A stretch of DNA of 64,000 bases from a virus. The translations under genes were made by a program, and so were the position numbers. The stretch is taken from the IMG/VR virus record IMGVR_UViG_3300031669_005808. The stretch is one strand, 5' to 3'. Shown here piece by piece: positions 36,246-45,703 of the stretch (within the stretch, counting starts at the first letter, position 1; every line of letters starts with the position of its first letter). The notes beneath the pieces are model-generated. The model made no database searches. It worked only from the letters and a program-made list of their open reading frames with translations, and was not told the DNA's origin.

Positions 36246-36356
36246 TTGGGAATAAAAATCATCAATCAATACCAGGTCATAATCCTCAATAAAATCTTCA
36301 ACTGAGATATCTTCGGATAATTCACAAGCATATAAGATATTTAACAACTCGTTCAT
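36240..36356 (-). CDS. 38-aa highly acidic peptide (not in ORF track)
   Basis: MNELLNILYACELSEDISVEDFIEDYDLVLIDDFYSQV*; GAGAGGA RBS; directly after motif copy 6. Confidence 0.6.
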   Translation of the reverse strand: MNELLNILYACELSEDISVEDFIEDYDLVLIDDFYSQV

Positions 36357-36399
36357 TTTTTAATTCCTCTCAATTTTATTTTTTATTTTGTTGCCTTAT

Positions 36400-36435
36400 A
36401 TTATATATTCGATTCTCGTCTCCATAATTTTACAC
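36400..36435 (-). promoter_or_regulatory. Conserved bipartite promoter-like motif, copy 6
   Basis: Exact N12 spacing plus TATAAT. Confidence 0.8.
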
Positions 36436-36452
36436 CTGAAACAAATTATTTT

Positions 36453-37376
36453 TCATTTATCTTCTTTCGCCGCCTTTTCAAAGCTTTCCAGATTCTCCAT
36501 CATTACTGACACCTCATCAATAAAATCCAAATATTGAGCTCTAGTGTGAATATTTTCAATGCAAGATTGAGTTAGCTTAAAAATCTTACTTAACATGGCG
36601 TTACAAGCTGTTTTTAAGCACTCTAAAGTCTTAGGAGTATCTGACTTCCCCTCATTTGATAAGCTAGGAAATTCAGGATACTCTGGATATCCTTGTATAG
36701 GTTCTTTAGTGTTCTCTAATACCGTTTTAGGGACATATCTAGATATTGGCTTTATTGAATAGGACCCACTTGGTTTAGGTTTACACTCCTCGGAATTTAT
36801 ATCCACACCCAAAGCCAAATTTTTAGGGTTCCCGGAATCAAACTCTTTATCCGAAACTCCAAGATAACATATCTCAGCAAATCTATGAATCATTTTAGGA
36901 TCATTATTAAAATCCTCACGTATAATCCTATACACCTCATCCCTAGAAAATTTAATACCTTTAATAGGTAAATGAAGGGCACTAAATTTCCCCCTCGCTG
37001 CTCTGCCCTTAATTGCTGAAGGGCTTAATCCCACAATATTTGCTACATCCTTGTAATCCACACAAGTATTCACATGAATTACATAATCAGTATAATCATT
37101 TGATAGGATAAAATTTATTAATGTGTCTCTAGGGATTGCAATATTACATCCTTTAGGATTTGAATTAATTAGAGTACCCTTACTAATCCAAGAACTTATA
37201 ACCGGACGGGAGATATTAAATATATTTTGCAAATCAATCGAGGAATAATAACTTTTACTCCCTAAAACTTCCCCCAATTTAAACATCTGAATTGACCCCA
37301 GATTACTCCAATGATCTTTATCCTCTTTTTTTGAAGCACTCTGATAATATTCTTTTCTTTCCATAGACAAACTCAT
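36453..37376 (-). CDS. Protein with two excisionase/MerR-like HTH domains
   Basis: YSSIDLQNIFNISRPVISSWISKGTL and DYKDVANIVGLSPSAIKGRAARGKF. Confidence 0.65.
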   Translation of the reverse strand: MSLSMERKEYYQSASKKEDKDHWSNLGSIQMFKLGEVLGSKSYYSSIDLQNIFNISRPVISSWISKGTLINSNPKGCNIAIPRDTLINFILSNDYTDYVIHVNTCVDYKDVANIVGLSPSAIKGRAARGKFSALHLPIKGIKFSRDEVYRIIREDFNNDPKMIHRFAEICYLGVSDKEFDSGNPKNLALGVDINSEECKPKPSGSYSIKPISRYVPKTVLENTKEPIQGYPEYPEFPSLSNEGKSDTPKTLECLKTACNAMLSKIFKLTQSCIENIHTRAQYLDFIDEVSVMMENLESFEKAAKEDK

Positions 37377-37392
37377 TTTTTAACTCCTTTAT

Positions 37393-39609
37393 TTAACATT
37401 TATTTGTGTTAATGTACAAATTGTTAGCTTGGATAGCATCCTTGATATGTTTTTCCAAGTTAACAAAGAATGATATGTTACTTTGGATGTTTAAATCCGA
37501 ATCTTTCGGATAATCAATAGCCTCAATCAAAGATATAACAGATTGTTTAATATCCTCTGAACATTTGCTTAAAATTTGAGCAGAGTTTGAAGTTAATTCC
37601 TCCTTTTTTGTATTAACCATATTCTCAATCTCCTTGACTTTGGATAATTCTTCTGCTTTCATTACCCTTCTCCTCAATCTCCTTTTCTTATTTTTCTCCT
37701 CTCTGGTCTTACATAAAGCCTCTTTCGAGATTATAGGCAATATATTGATTTCTGCCTTTTTTATTCTTGCTCGTTCCTTTTTAGCCTCCGCCTTCTTTTT
37801 CTCAACTAATCTCTCGGCTTCTTCCTTCTCTTTCCTAAATTCTCTAATTTTTTTATGTCTCCCCTCCTGTATAAATTTATCCAAAGACCATTTCTCAATG
37901 AGTGTTAAATCATACCCGAAATATGTTTTATGTATTTTACTCTTTAATTTACCTTGTCTTATATACTCTCGAATACACGCATCACTTGTATTAAGCATTT
38001 TAAACGCCGTTGTGATAGTATACCCATCAAGATTCTCGAAATTCTCCCCTCCTGTATTATAATATATCCGACTTACAAAAATTGAGTACGCATCCTGTTC
38101 CTTCTGATATAATGCTTTGAATTCTTTAGAATTCATAATTATAGCAGCATTACCTTGTGTAACAGTCTCCCGTATATCATTATCATACTTGAATATCCTC
38201 TTCTTAAATAAATTGGAAATTGTATATGTATATATACCGGATATTTTGGACATACCGGATAACCTTAAAAAGGGTTGATTCAGTATATTTATCCTTTTAA
38301 ATTTATATGTACTAACTAAATCAGGATATGAACCTAACAAATTCTCAATATCCGTGGAAATCATATACCTTCTTCCCACAAATTTAGGATTTGTTTGAAT
38401 AATTTTATATTTTATTATTTGTCGGCTACACGCCATTGCAAAGAATTCCGGCATCAAATCATATTTTTTAGCTGCCCCTAATATAGTGTAGCACAAAATT
38501 TTATCCGCATCAAATGTAGTTATTTGATCATCTTTAACTCTCTTCTTGACTTCCGGAATCGCCTTTGAACCATCTACCGCAGAAACCTCAATAGAAGATT
38601 CAATCCACATGAAATTCTCAAACTCCTTTTTAAAATAATCCTCAACATCAAATACGTCTATAACATCTGAAGCAATTATTTTCAAATGATTTATATAATC
38701 TCGATATACCTTGCTTTCCACAAACTCCCTTATCACATCTTTTGATATTCTACTCATATCCGTATTATGGATTCTTATAAAATTAGAAAGAGAATAACTA
38801 TTATCGTTTAAGGCATGAGGTCTCAAATTAAGCAGGGACTCAACCTCATTAGAGTTGAAAATCTTTTGATCAAATAATTTTGATTTTCTATCTCTGGAAT
38901 ACTTTATCAACTTAGGGTATTTCTCTATAAATTGCCCGATATCATCCTCAAAATACACAAGAGGATATATTACGCCCCCCTTAGAAGCATGTCTAAATTT
39001 AAAAGATTTGAGCTTTTTTGTAAGCCCCCAAGATTTAACACTGGATCCCATAAGCCCATATTTTTTAATTAAACCTCTAACATTACAAACCCTTGGTAGA
39101 ATATTCGCATGATAATCCGGTATGGTTAATATTTTTTTTGATCCTCCCAGATAATTTGATTTTTGAACACGAGTTTTATACTCATCTGAGAAAGAGTGCA
39201 ATCTTAAAATTCTATAATCAAGATCACACACAATTCCGTTTTTGATATTATATGCAATTTCCTCATATTTACTAATGCTATTAAGGTCTTTCACCCCTAG
39301 ATGAAGATACTCCTCAACATCATCGATGGAATTGAACGTTTTCTTCAAATAAATTTCCCGTTTTTTCTTTCTAGAAACTCCAATTGTTTCTAGAAAATCC
39401 TTTTCAAAAATATTCCAATTAGATTCAAGAATCAAAGGATATTTTTGAGCCGGACTATTGAAATCCTTATAATACTGCACCTCCAAATAACCTCTACTCA
39501 CCCAATAAGCCAAATCCTTGATTAGAACCCCGTACTTCTTTGCTGCTTCTCTTACAGTATACATTGACTTCATTTGCCTCCTATAATTTAGAATTTTTCT
39601 TGCTCTCAA
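37393..39609 (-). CDS. Large basic protein with multiple excisionase-like HTH repeats
   Basis: MYTVREAAKKYGV, YTILGAAKKY, YTITTAFKMLNTSDACIREYIRQGKL; Lys-rich C-terminal helix. Confidence 0.65.
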   Translation of the reverse strand: MRARKILNYRRQMKSMYTVREAAKKYGVLIKDLAYWVSRGYLEVQYYKDFNSPAQKYPLILESNWNIFEKDFLETIGVSRKKKREIYLKKTFNSIDDVEEYLHLGVKDLNSISKYEEIAYNIKNGIVCDLDYRILRLHSFSDEYKTRVQKSNYLGGSKKILTIPDYHANILPRVCNVRGLIKKYGLMGSSVKSWGLTKKLKSFKFRHASKGGVIYPLVYFEDDIGQFIEKYPKLIKYSRDRKSKLFDQKIFNSNEVESLLNLRPHALNDNSYSLSNFIRIHNTDMSRISKDVIREFVESKVYRDYINHLKIIASDVIDVFDVEDYFKKEFENFMWIESSIEVSAVDGSKAIPEVKKRVKDDQITTFDADKILCYTILGAAKKYDLMPEFFAMACSRQIIKYKIIQTNPKFVGRRYMISTDIENLLGSYPDLVSTYKFKRINILNQPFLRLSGMSKISGIYTYTISNLFKKRIFKYDNDIRETVTQGNAAIIMNSKEFKALYQKEQDAYSIFVSRIYYNTGGENFENLDGYTITTAFKMLNTSDACIREYIRQGKLKSKIHKTYFGYDLTLIEKWSLDKFIQEGRHKKIREFRKEKEEAERLVEKKKAEAKKERARIKKAEINILPIISKEALCKTREEKNKKRRLRRRVMKAEELSKVKEIENMVNTKKEELTSNSAQILSKCSEDIKQSVISLIEAIDYPKDSDLNIQSNISFFVNLEKHIKDAIQANNLYINTNKC

Positions 39610-39793
39610 CTTCTTTCATGCAATTAATATACCATGCTACCCCCCGAAGGAACCCAATGGAAAATATACGTTTGCTCACAGGATCATCTAAATTGATCTT
39701 GTATTCATCCCCAATACCCTCCAATAAAATGTCTAATTCTTTATTACCTGGTTCAACTTTTGAACATGTTTTAATTTTTAAATCTTTCTTCAT
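39581..39793 (-). CDS. Hypothetical protein
   Basis: ORF track. Confidence 0.5.
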   Translation of the reverse strand: MKKDLKIKTCSKVEPGNKELDILLEGIGDEYKINLDDPVSKRIFSIGFLRGVAWYINCMKEVESKKNSKL

Positions 39794-39801
39794 TACCCCC
39801 C

Positions 39802-40302
39802 CTAAAATTTGAAATCATATTTTTTAACCAAGGCTATAATATCCTCTTTTAGCCCAGGAATTTCAACTATTGAATTGTGTATTTCCTGACTCTTTAAGTT
39901 ATCACATATCCTTCCATATAAATTATTGACTGAACATGGATGACATCTCCCATTATTTCTTGTATAAGAGCATTGACCACATGCTATCCACTCATAATTT
40001 GCATATAGACAATGAGGGCAAATATTTATATCCGTCAGCATAGAACCATGAACAACCCGATGCGTTAACTCTCTTACAATGTAACGCATAGCTCTATAAG
40101 GTAGTCTTATGATAAATAATCCATCATCAAGAGGTATAATACTTTCTCCCGTAGACCTCACGGTGTATTCATTTTTAAGTATCATGAAATCCACTAGGAA
40201 TTGTCCATACAGTATGTGTTCCTCCAAGTACAAAATATCATATATTACATCAATTCCTCTCTCAATAAAATCCTTAATCCAATCATATAATTTTTTGAAC
40301 AT
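39802..40302 (-). CDS. Cys-rich paralog family member A
   Basis: ICPHC...CGQCSY..NNGRC...IPG. Confidence 0.7.
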   Translation of the reverse strand: MFKKLYDWIKDFIERGIDVIYDILYLEEHILYGQFLVDFMILKNEYTVRSTGESIIPLDDGLFIIRLPYRAMRYIVRELTHRVVHGSMLTDINICPHCLYANYEWIACGQCSYTRNNGRCHPCSVNNLYGRICDNLKSQEIHNSIVEIPGLKEDIIALVKKYDFKF

Positions 40303-40802
40303 TATTCTTTTTCCCCCCTTACCAAATCTTTGATGTTATGTTTCTCAAACAAATCTCTGATATCCTCCGATATACGGGGTATATGCAGTATATCCCGTAT
40401 ATCCCTAGTTTTGAGACAGGATAATATCCTCTGATATCTCCCCGTCTTGGTAGATACACATATCCCATTATTCAACGCATAAGAGCACTGATTACATTTA
40501 AGGGAATGATGTATACAATGAGGACATATTTCTATATCACACAAAGAATCTGGATAATCTGTTATATAAATATAGATCTTACATGCAATCTCAAACATAG
40601 CCCAATAAGGTAAACACAGGATGAATTTCTGATCATTCTCAGGTATCAATTCCATATCGGTGTAGAAACGTACCCTATCGTTTTTGGTCTCCATGAAATC
40701 CTTCAAAAAGGCCCTCAGACGTTTATGCTCCCCACCATAGAGAATGATATCTATTATTGAATTTTTGAACCAATCATATAATTTTTTGAACATTATTCTT
40801 TT
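40279..40802. repeat. 33-bp identical direct repeat (40279-40311 and 40770-40802) covering the RBS/start of paralogs A and B
   Basis: ccaatcatataattttttgaacattattctttt occurs twice; both ORFs start MFKKLYDW. Confidence 0.85.
40302..40793 (-). CDS. Cys-rich paralog family member B
   Basis: ICPHC...CNQCSY..NNGIC...IPR. Confidence 0.7.
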   Translation of the reverse strand: MFKKLYDWFKNSIIDIILYGGEHKRLRAFLKDFMETKNDRVRFYTDMELIPENDQKFILCLPYWAMFEIACKIYIYITDYPDSLCDIEICPHCIHHSLKCNQCSYALNNGICVSTKTGRYQRILSCLKTRDIRDILHIPRISEDIRDLFEKHNIKDLVRGEKE

Positions 40803-41221
40803 CCCCCTATTAATTGTTTTTGACGGAATAATAGGGTATCACCCCTATACACAAAATAAGATGTACCTCCATATACTGTGGTATGAACATAATGGGTTAA
40901 GCTATCAATATCCTCATATGGAACACTCCCCATAAAACTCCAGAATATCTCTAAATCAAAATAATAGAGATGCTTTGAACCATGGCATTGAACCACGAGC
41001 TTATTCATATCCTTAAGCCCATTCATTCCTTTAACCTCACACCCATACAAAGATTTAGCAAACCTTCCTTCGGACAGTATGAACTCAATGAGACCATACT
41101 TAGGATCAAATTCTATATCCCCTGTATAAAATTCTTCATCCTTCAAAGATCTATGGTAAACTACATTGCACTCAACATTATATTCTCTACATTTCTCGTT
41201 CATTTTATATTCCCCCCTCAT
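40793..41221 (-). CDS. Hypothetical protein
   Basis: Directly after motif copy 7. Confidence 0.55.
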   Translation of the reverse strand: MRGEYKMNEKCREYNVECNVVYHRSLKDEEFYTGDIEFDPKYGLIEFILSEGRFAKSLYGCEVKGMNGLKDMNKLVVQCHGSKHLYYFDLEIFWSFMGSVPYEDIDSLTHYVHTTVYGGTSYFVYRGDTLLFRQKQLIGGKE

Positions 41222-41246
41222 TTTGAGTTTTTATTCTATATTCTAT

Positions 41247-41282
41247 ATTATATATTCGATTTATCCTCAGGAAATTTTACAC
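41247..41282 (-). promoter_or_regulatory. Conserved bipartite promoter-like motif, copy 7
   Basis: Exact N12 spacing plus TATAAT; overlaps the 3' end of ORF 41248-42594. Confidence 0.8.
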
Positions 41283-42594
41283 CTTCCAAAGTTTTCAAGA
41301 GTGCTTCCTTGATGCCCGGAATGAGGTTTATCTTTCTCCACCCTAACTTCCTTATGATGGTTTTATAATGAGAATATGGAGAACTACATACCTCATTATT
41401 CTTACCGTAGGTACAAGTATAACAAGTTCGATTTCCAGTATGAATACAATGAGGACATATGGTCGCATCGTAAATATCCGCATTTTTACTCCTCAGATTA
41501 ATTATCAATTCTTTACAAATACGATATTGCTCCTTCTCAGGTAAATTCAAAATGAAATCCATATCTTGTTCCGGGATCAATGTAATTGAGGTTTTCTCAT
41601 AAACGAATTGATTCTTCACCTCCATAAAATTCTTTAAGGCTTCCTTAATACTGGAATTAAAAGGATTATTTAGAAGTAATCTTTCCACCCCCTCATAGAC
41701 AATATTACTCAAAATATCTAATATACCCGGTATCTCGTTGATACGATCTATATCATGTTTGGATCTCAAACGTTCTAAAACAAGACTGTACCTATTGAAA
41801 TCATCATTAGGATTTCCGCACACCTTATTATTCATACTGTAGGTACATTCATTACAATCTAACCTTAAGATTTCTTTATAGTAGATGCAATGAGGGCAAA
41901 TATTTGCATCTACTATCTCCCTTTTGGAATCAAATGTTTTTTTTAATCTAATGAGAATATCCAATTTATCCGCGTAGGGTAAATTGGATATAAATTTTTT
42001 ATCTTGCTCTGGTATCAATACAATATTGGTGTAATCTTGAACAATACGATTCTTCACCTCCATAAAATTCTTTAAGGTGTTCATCACGACCCTCTCTTGA
42101 GCATCTGAGGGAATCTCATTGACCTTAGGTTCCGCCTCTTTTTCTACTTGAATCATATAGTAGTGCTTAGGATCTTCAGGAGCTAATGCGATCACGGGGT
42201 ATTCTGAAAATTGAACAAAGATTATTTCCCCCTTAAGAAATCCAACGACACCCCCTTGTTCAAAGACTCTTAGTTCAAAGTTCAAAAGCTCACAAGGGTT
42301 CAAGCACTCCATGAGTATATCCAAAGCAAACATATCTAATCTACATATTTTCTTAATGGAATTTTCCCCATAAAATCGGACAGTATAGGTATAATACACA
42401 TATTGAGTCACTTCCTTGGAAGGGTAAAAATTGAATTCCCCCTCTTTTAACTTAGACAAAAACTGATCATAAGGTGTGTAATAGAAACAAAGTTTCCTGC
42501 TATATGCCTTATTCTTATTTATAAGATCTATATGTATAGCAGCATTACCTATTCGCACCAAATTTTCATTTTTGAATTGATCAATAAAATTCAT
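41248..42594 (-). CDS. Cys-rich paralog family member C (unrelated N-domain plus two family domains)
   Basis: Two copies of LKNFMEVKN...LIPEQD..FI..LP...ICPHC...C..C.Y..NN.VC...IPG. Confidence 0.75.
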   Translation of the reverse strand: MNFIDQFKNENLVRIGNAAIHIDLINKNKAYSRKLCFYYTPYDQFLSKLKEGEFNFYPSKEVTQYVYYTYTVRFYGENSIKKICRLDMFALDILMECLNPCELLNFELRVFEQGGVVGFLKGEIIFVQFSEYPVIALAPEDPKHYYMIQVEKEAEPKVNEIPSDAQERVVMNTLKNFMEVKNRIVQDYTNIVLIPEQDKKFISNLPYADKLDILIRLKKTFDSKREIVDANICPHCIYYKEILRLDCNECTYSMNNKVCGNPNDDFNRYSLVLERLRSKHDIDRINEIPGILDILSNIVYEGVERLLLNNPFNSSIKEALKNFMEVKNQFVYEKTSITLIPEQDMDFILNLPEKEQYRICKELIINLRSKNADIYDATICPHCIHTGNRTCYTCTYGKNNEVCSSPYSHYKTIIRKLGWRKINLIPGIKEALLKTLEGVKFPEDKSNI

Positions 42595-42673
42595 TTTATT
42601 TCACTCCTTGTTTTTGAATTGTTAAAATTTTTCCTATATTTCTGAGAAACTCAATAAGAATATAATGCTGAAT

Positions 42674-43063
42674 TTAATGCATCAAGGATGCCAGGTATAT
42701 ATATATCAATTTATAAATATTTCTACCCCCTAAACTATCGTATATTTTTCCAAATAAATTATTAAGCTCATATTTATTACATACCCCATTATTTTTGCCA
42801 TAGGGGCAATCCTCACGGACTATACCAACAATATTTGCATATATGCAATGAGGACATAATTCACCATCACACAAAGTATCCCCAACCTTAAGATAATATA
42901 TATTTTTCCTCAGTTGCATCATAATATCAATCTTATTATCTTCTGGTAATTCAAGAATAAAATTCATATCCACCTCTGGTATCAGGATCATTCCTGTATG
43001 CTCTTTGACGAATTGATTCTTCACTTCCATAATATTCTTTAAGATTTCAGTTGTATTACTCAT
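42674..43063 (-). CDS. Cys-rich paralog family member D, C-terminus frameshifted at a (TA)n run
   Basis: LCPHC...CPYGKNNGVC; the family motif IPGILDAL lies out of frame after tatatatatat (42696-42706). Confidence 0.7.
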   Translation of the reverse strand: MSNTTEILKNIMEVKNQFVKEHTGMILIPEVDMNFILELPEDNKIDIMMQLRKNIYYLKVGDTLCDGELCPHCIYANIVGIVREDCPYGKNNGVCNKYELNNLFGKIYDSLGGRNIYKLIYIYLASLMH

Positions 43064-43105
43064 TATATTCCTCCTCTACCAAAGAATTAATCATTGTTAC
43101 CTTAT

Positions 43106-43141
43106 ACTAGATATTCGATTTATATCTAAGAAATTTTACAC
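43106..43141 (-). promoter_or_regulatory. Conserved bipartite promoter-like motif, copy 8
   Basis: Exact N12 spacing; -10 hexamer degenerate. Confidence 0.75.
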
Positions 43142-43614
43142 CTGGTATGAAAAAAAAATTATTCTAAACCTCTGTAGATACTTTTTTCTTCTCAATGATG
43201 ATGCGGCGAAATATCTTTAACACCATCATAATTATCTTTTATTTATATTGTTATGCTTTTATTGATCTTATTCATCTAATATGGTTTTATTTAAATTATA
43301 TGTGCTGATTAATGTTTTATCTATTAATAGACCCCCATCATAATGATGTTAATATTATTACCGCACCCCCCACCATATACCCCCTATACTATATATATGT
43401 ATTCTCGTACCACGTTTGTACCATTTTATTTTCAATTATTTTTCTCTTTAGATATAACCCTCTGATTTATTTGAACAAAAAATCTTAAATATTTTTATTA
43501 CACCCCCTTTATAATTGGTACTATTCGCATTATCTCTCAACATTAAATTTATTGCTCTCATATTCAAGATATTCCCATGCATAATTAATGCCTCTGTACT
43601 CAAGATATTGGATT

Positions 43615-44043
43615 TTACACCTCAGAAGAATTTAAGGCGTCATTTAATGCATCTCTAATGCCAATGATATCCCAAATTCTGTGAATATCATTGCTTCTAA
43701 GCTCATCACGTATTCTTCCATATAAGTCACCATACCAAATACCATAGTTATTACATACACCATTATTCTTTCCATAAGGACAATCAACGCAATCTAAATG
43801 TTTAATTACACTATAAACGCAATGAGGACATATATCAGCATCACCCAAATTTAAATCATCAGTTAAAGCATCCCTAAATTGATCTATATTCGCCTTTATC
43901 CGTCTTATAATCTCTTTTTGAGTATCCTCAGGTAGCTCAAGGATAAAATTCATATCTTGCTCTGATATCAAGACGATGTTGGTGTATTTAAATATGAGAT
44001 TGTTTTCGAGATTCATTATTTGTTTTAATATTTCTTTATACAT
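43615..44043 (-). CDS. Cys-rich paralog family member E
   Basis: ICPHC...CVDCPYGKNNGVC...IGIRDAL. Confidence 0.7.
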   Translation of the reverse strand: MYKEILKQIMNLENNLIFKYTNIVLISEQDMNFILELPEDTQKEIIRRIKANIDQFRDALTDDLNLGDADICPHCVYSVIKHLDCVDCPYGKNNGVCNNYGIWYGDLYGRIRDELRSNDIHRIWDIIGIRDALNDALNSSEV

Positions 44044-44083
44044 TTTAATTCCCCAATCTAAGGATTAATCATTGTCGCCTTAT

Positions 44084-44119
44084 ATTATATATTTGATTTA
44101 TATCCGAGAAATTTTACAC
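44084..44119 (-). promoter_or_regulatory. Conserved bipartite promoter-like motif, copy 9
   Basis: GTGTAAAATT-N12-ATCAAATA-TATAAT. Confidence 0.75.
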
Positions 44120-44131
44120 CTGATGTGAAAT

Positions 44132-44284
44132 AAATTATTCTAAACCCCGTAGGAAAGTAAACTATTTTGGTAGGATATTCTACCTTATGTATATTTTTCA
44201 AACACATAAGGTAGAAAGGTTTAAAAAGATATGCAAAAGGATACAGAAAATTATTCTAAACCCCGTAGGAAAGTAAACTATTTT
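44132..44284. repeat. 37-bp exact direct repeat x2 (44132-44168, 44248-44284) with a 13-bp-stem hairpin between (44178-44216)
   Basis: aaattattctaaaccccgtaggaaagtaaactatttt occurs twice; a partial third copy lies near 43147-43167. Confidence 0.88.
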
Positions 44285-44322
44285 ATGCTTAAGAGGAGAA
44301 ATATTCTACATTTCTCCTTCTT

Positions 44323-44610
44323 TTAATTAATATATTTCTGTTTAGGGTGGATCTCCATACTTTCCACGGAGAACTTACTTTCTGAGTCCTTCTTGGAATT
44401 GCGTTCCTCTAAGCCTTGGATAACTCTAGGTAATAACTCTCCACATAGTTTGAAACTATCTTGACATACCCGCATTAGCTCTGTATATTTCTCCCAGAAT
44501 TTATCCATATCCCCTGAGGCAAGTAGCTCCTTTGTTTCCTTTAACCTCTCATTGATATCATATTTGAGACCTACTAAATCTTGAATTTTTTTTCTATCAC
44601 TGGCCTCCAT
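44323..44610 (-). CDS. Hypothetical helical protein
   Basis: ORF track. Confidence 0.55.
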   Translation of the reverse strand: MEASDRKKIQDLVGLKYDINERLKETKELLASGDMDKFWEKYTELMRVCQDSFKLCGELLPRVIQGLEERNSKKDSESKFSVESMEIHPKQKYIN

Positions 44611-44639
44611 TTAACTATACTCCTTTTATTTGTTGATTG

Positions 44640-45635
44640 TTAATTCACCACATTTATACACATGTCCGGGTACAAAAACAACTTCCCCGGATTCTTAACC
44701 AAGCATTGCGTAGCGTGTCCATTGATATTCTTCTCTAAGTTCTTACGTGTGGTATGGAAATATTTTACAAAATATTTAAAGAAAGACTCAGGATCTTTCT
44801 CATAAAATTTGATCATATACCCCGTTAGAATATCCAATAGCCCATATGGGTAGAAGGTCTTTGATCTCAACGAAAGATGCTTATGATCAAAGGCATCCTT
44901 CAATAACAACTTGAATTGTTTAGATAAGGGTATATCCTTATCATTGAATATGAAATTACTAAATTTTGTATTCTCTATATCCTCCAAATACAAATCCCTA
45001 TAATATTCCTCTCCCTCTATAAACAAAGATTTAAATCCTCCCGCAGCAAGAGATTCCAAATCCATATCTTGTTCTATTACAGGAGGAATTAAATACTTAC
45101 TTTGAAATATTATCCCTATTAATCCTATAAACAGAGCATCCATTGAATCACTATCCTCAATATCCAAAGAATCTGGTAAAACATCTTTGTTCAAAATCTG
45201 AACAAATCTTTTGTAAATGTCCCGAATATGATTCTTTTGTAGTCTCCCCGGATATTTCACTTTTTTATCCGTAGCGAATAACTTAACGAACTTCTTAATA
45301 AAAAAGGGAGAATATCCCACCACATTCACATTGAGATTATAGCATAATTCTAAGAATTCCTGAGTCAAATAAAATTGTAGTTCCGAGGAATAGCTACCAT
45401 ACACGGGTAGCTCAAAGGCTACCGTAAATTCTCCTTCTTGCTCTGATAATATATTACCCAATTGCTCCATCAAGAGGCTTTTGGAGCAATGATATAACCT
45501 ATTGAAATTCTCGGCCTTATATTGCTTGATAGAAAATAACATATCAAGCTTTATCTTATCCCCCTCTAACTCAAATATCGATACCCCTGTGGAAGTTCTC
45601 GATAAATCAAAACCTAAAACCCTATACTTACTCAT
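44640..45635 (-). CDS. RuvC-like Holliday junction resolvase with C-terminal extension
   Basis: VLGFDLSRTSTGVS, AFELP, FIKKFV, DSMDALFIG. Confidence 0.7.
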   Translation of the reverse strand: MSKYRVLGFDLSRTSTGVSIFELEGDKIKLDMLFSIKQYKAENFNRLYHCSKSLLMEQLGNILSEQEGEFTVAFELPVYGSYSSELQFYLTQEFLELCYNLNVNVVGYSPFFIKKFVKLFATDKKVKYPGRLQKNHIRDIYKRFVQILNKDVLPDSLDIEDSDSMDALFIGLIGIIFQSKYLIPPVIEQDMDLESLAAGGFKSLFIEGEEYYRDLYLEDIENTKFSNFIFNDKDIPLSKQFKLLLKDAFDHKHLSLRSKTFYPYGLLDILTGYMIKFYEKDPESFFKYFVKYFHTTRKNLEKNINGHATQCLVKNPGKLFLYPDMCINVVN

Positions 45636-45703
45636 ATTTATCCTTTATTTAAAAATATCTCAGAGGTACAATTAAGTATCTCTGAGATATTCATTAAGTA
45701 TGC

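Noticed and set aside
39802-44043. Diversity-generating retroelement acting on the Cys-rich paralogs
   Set aside because: No reverse transcriptase in the window and no near-identical TR/VR pair differing only at adenines.
44132-44284. 37-bp direct repeats as a CRISPR mini-array
   Set aside because: Only two full copies, a 79-nt spacer that is itself a hairpin, and no cas genes; the Cas4-like nuclease is 40 kb away in a recombination cluster.
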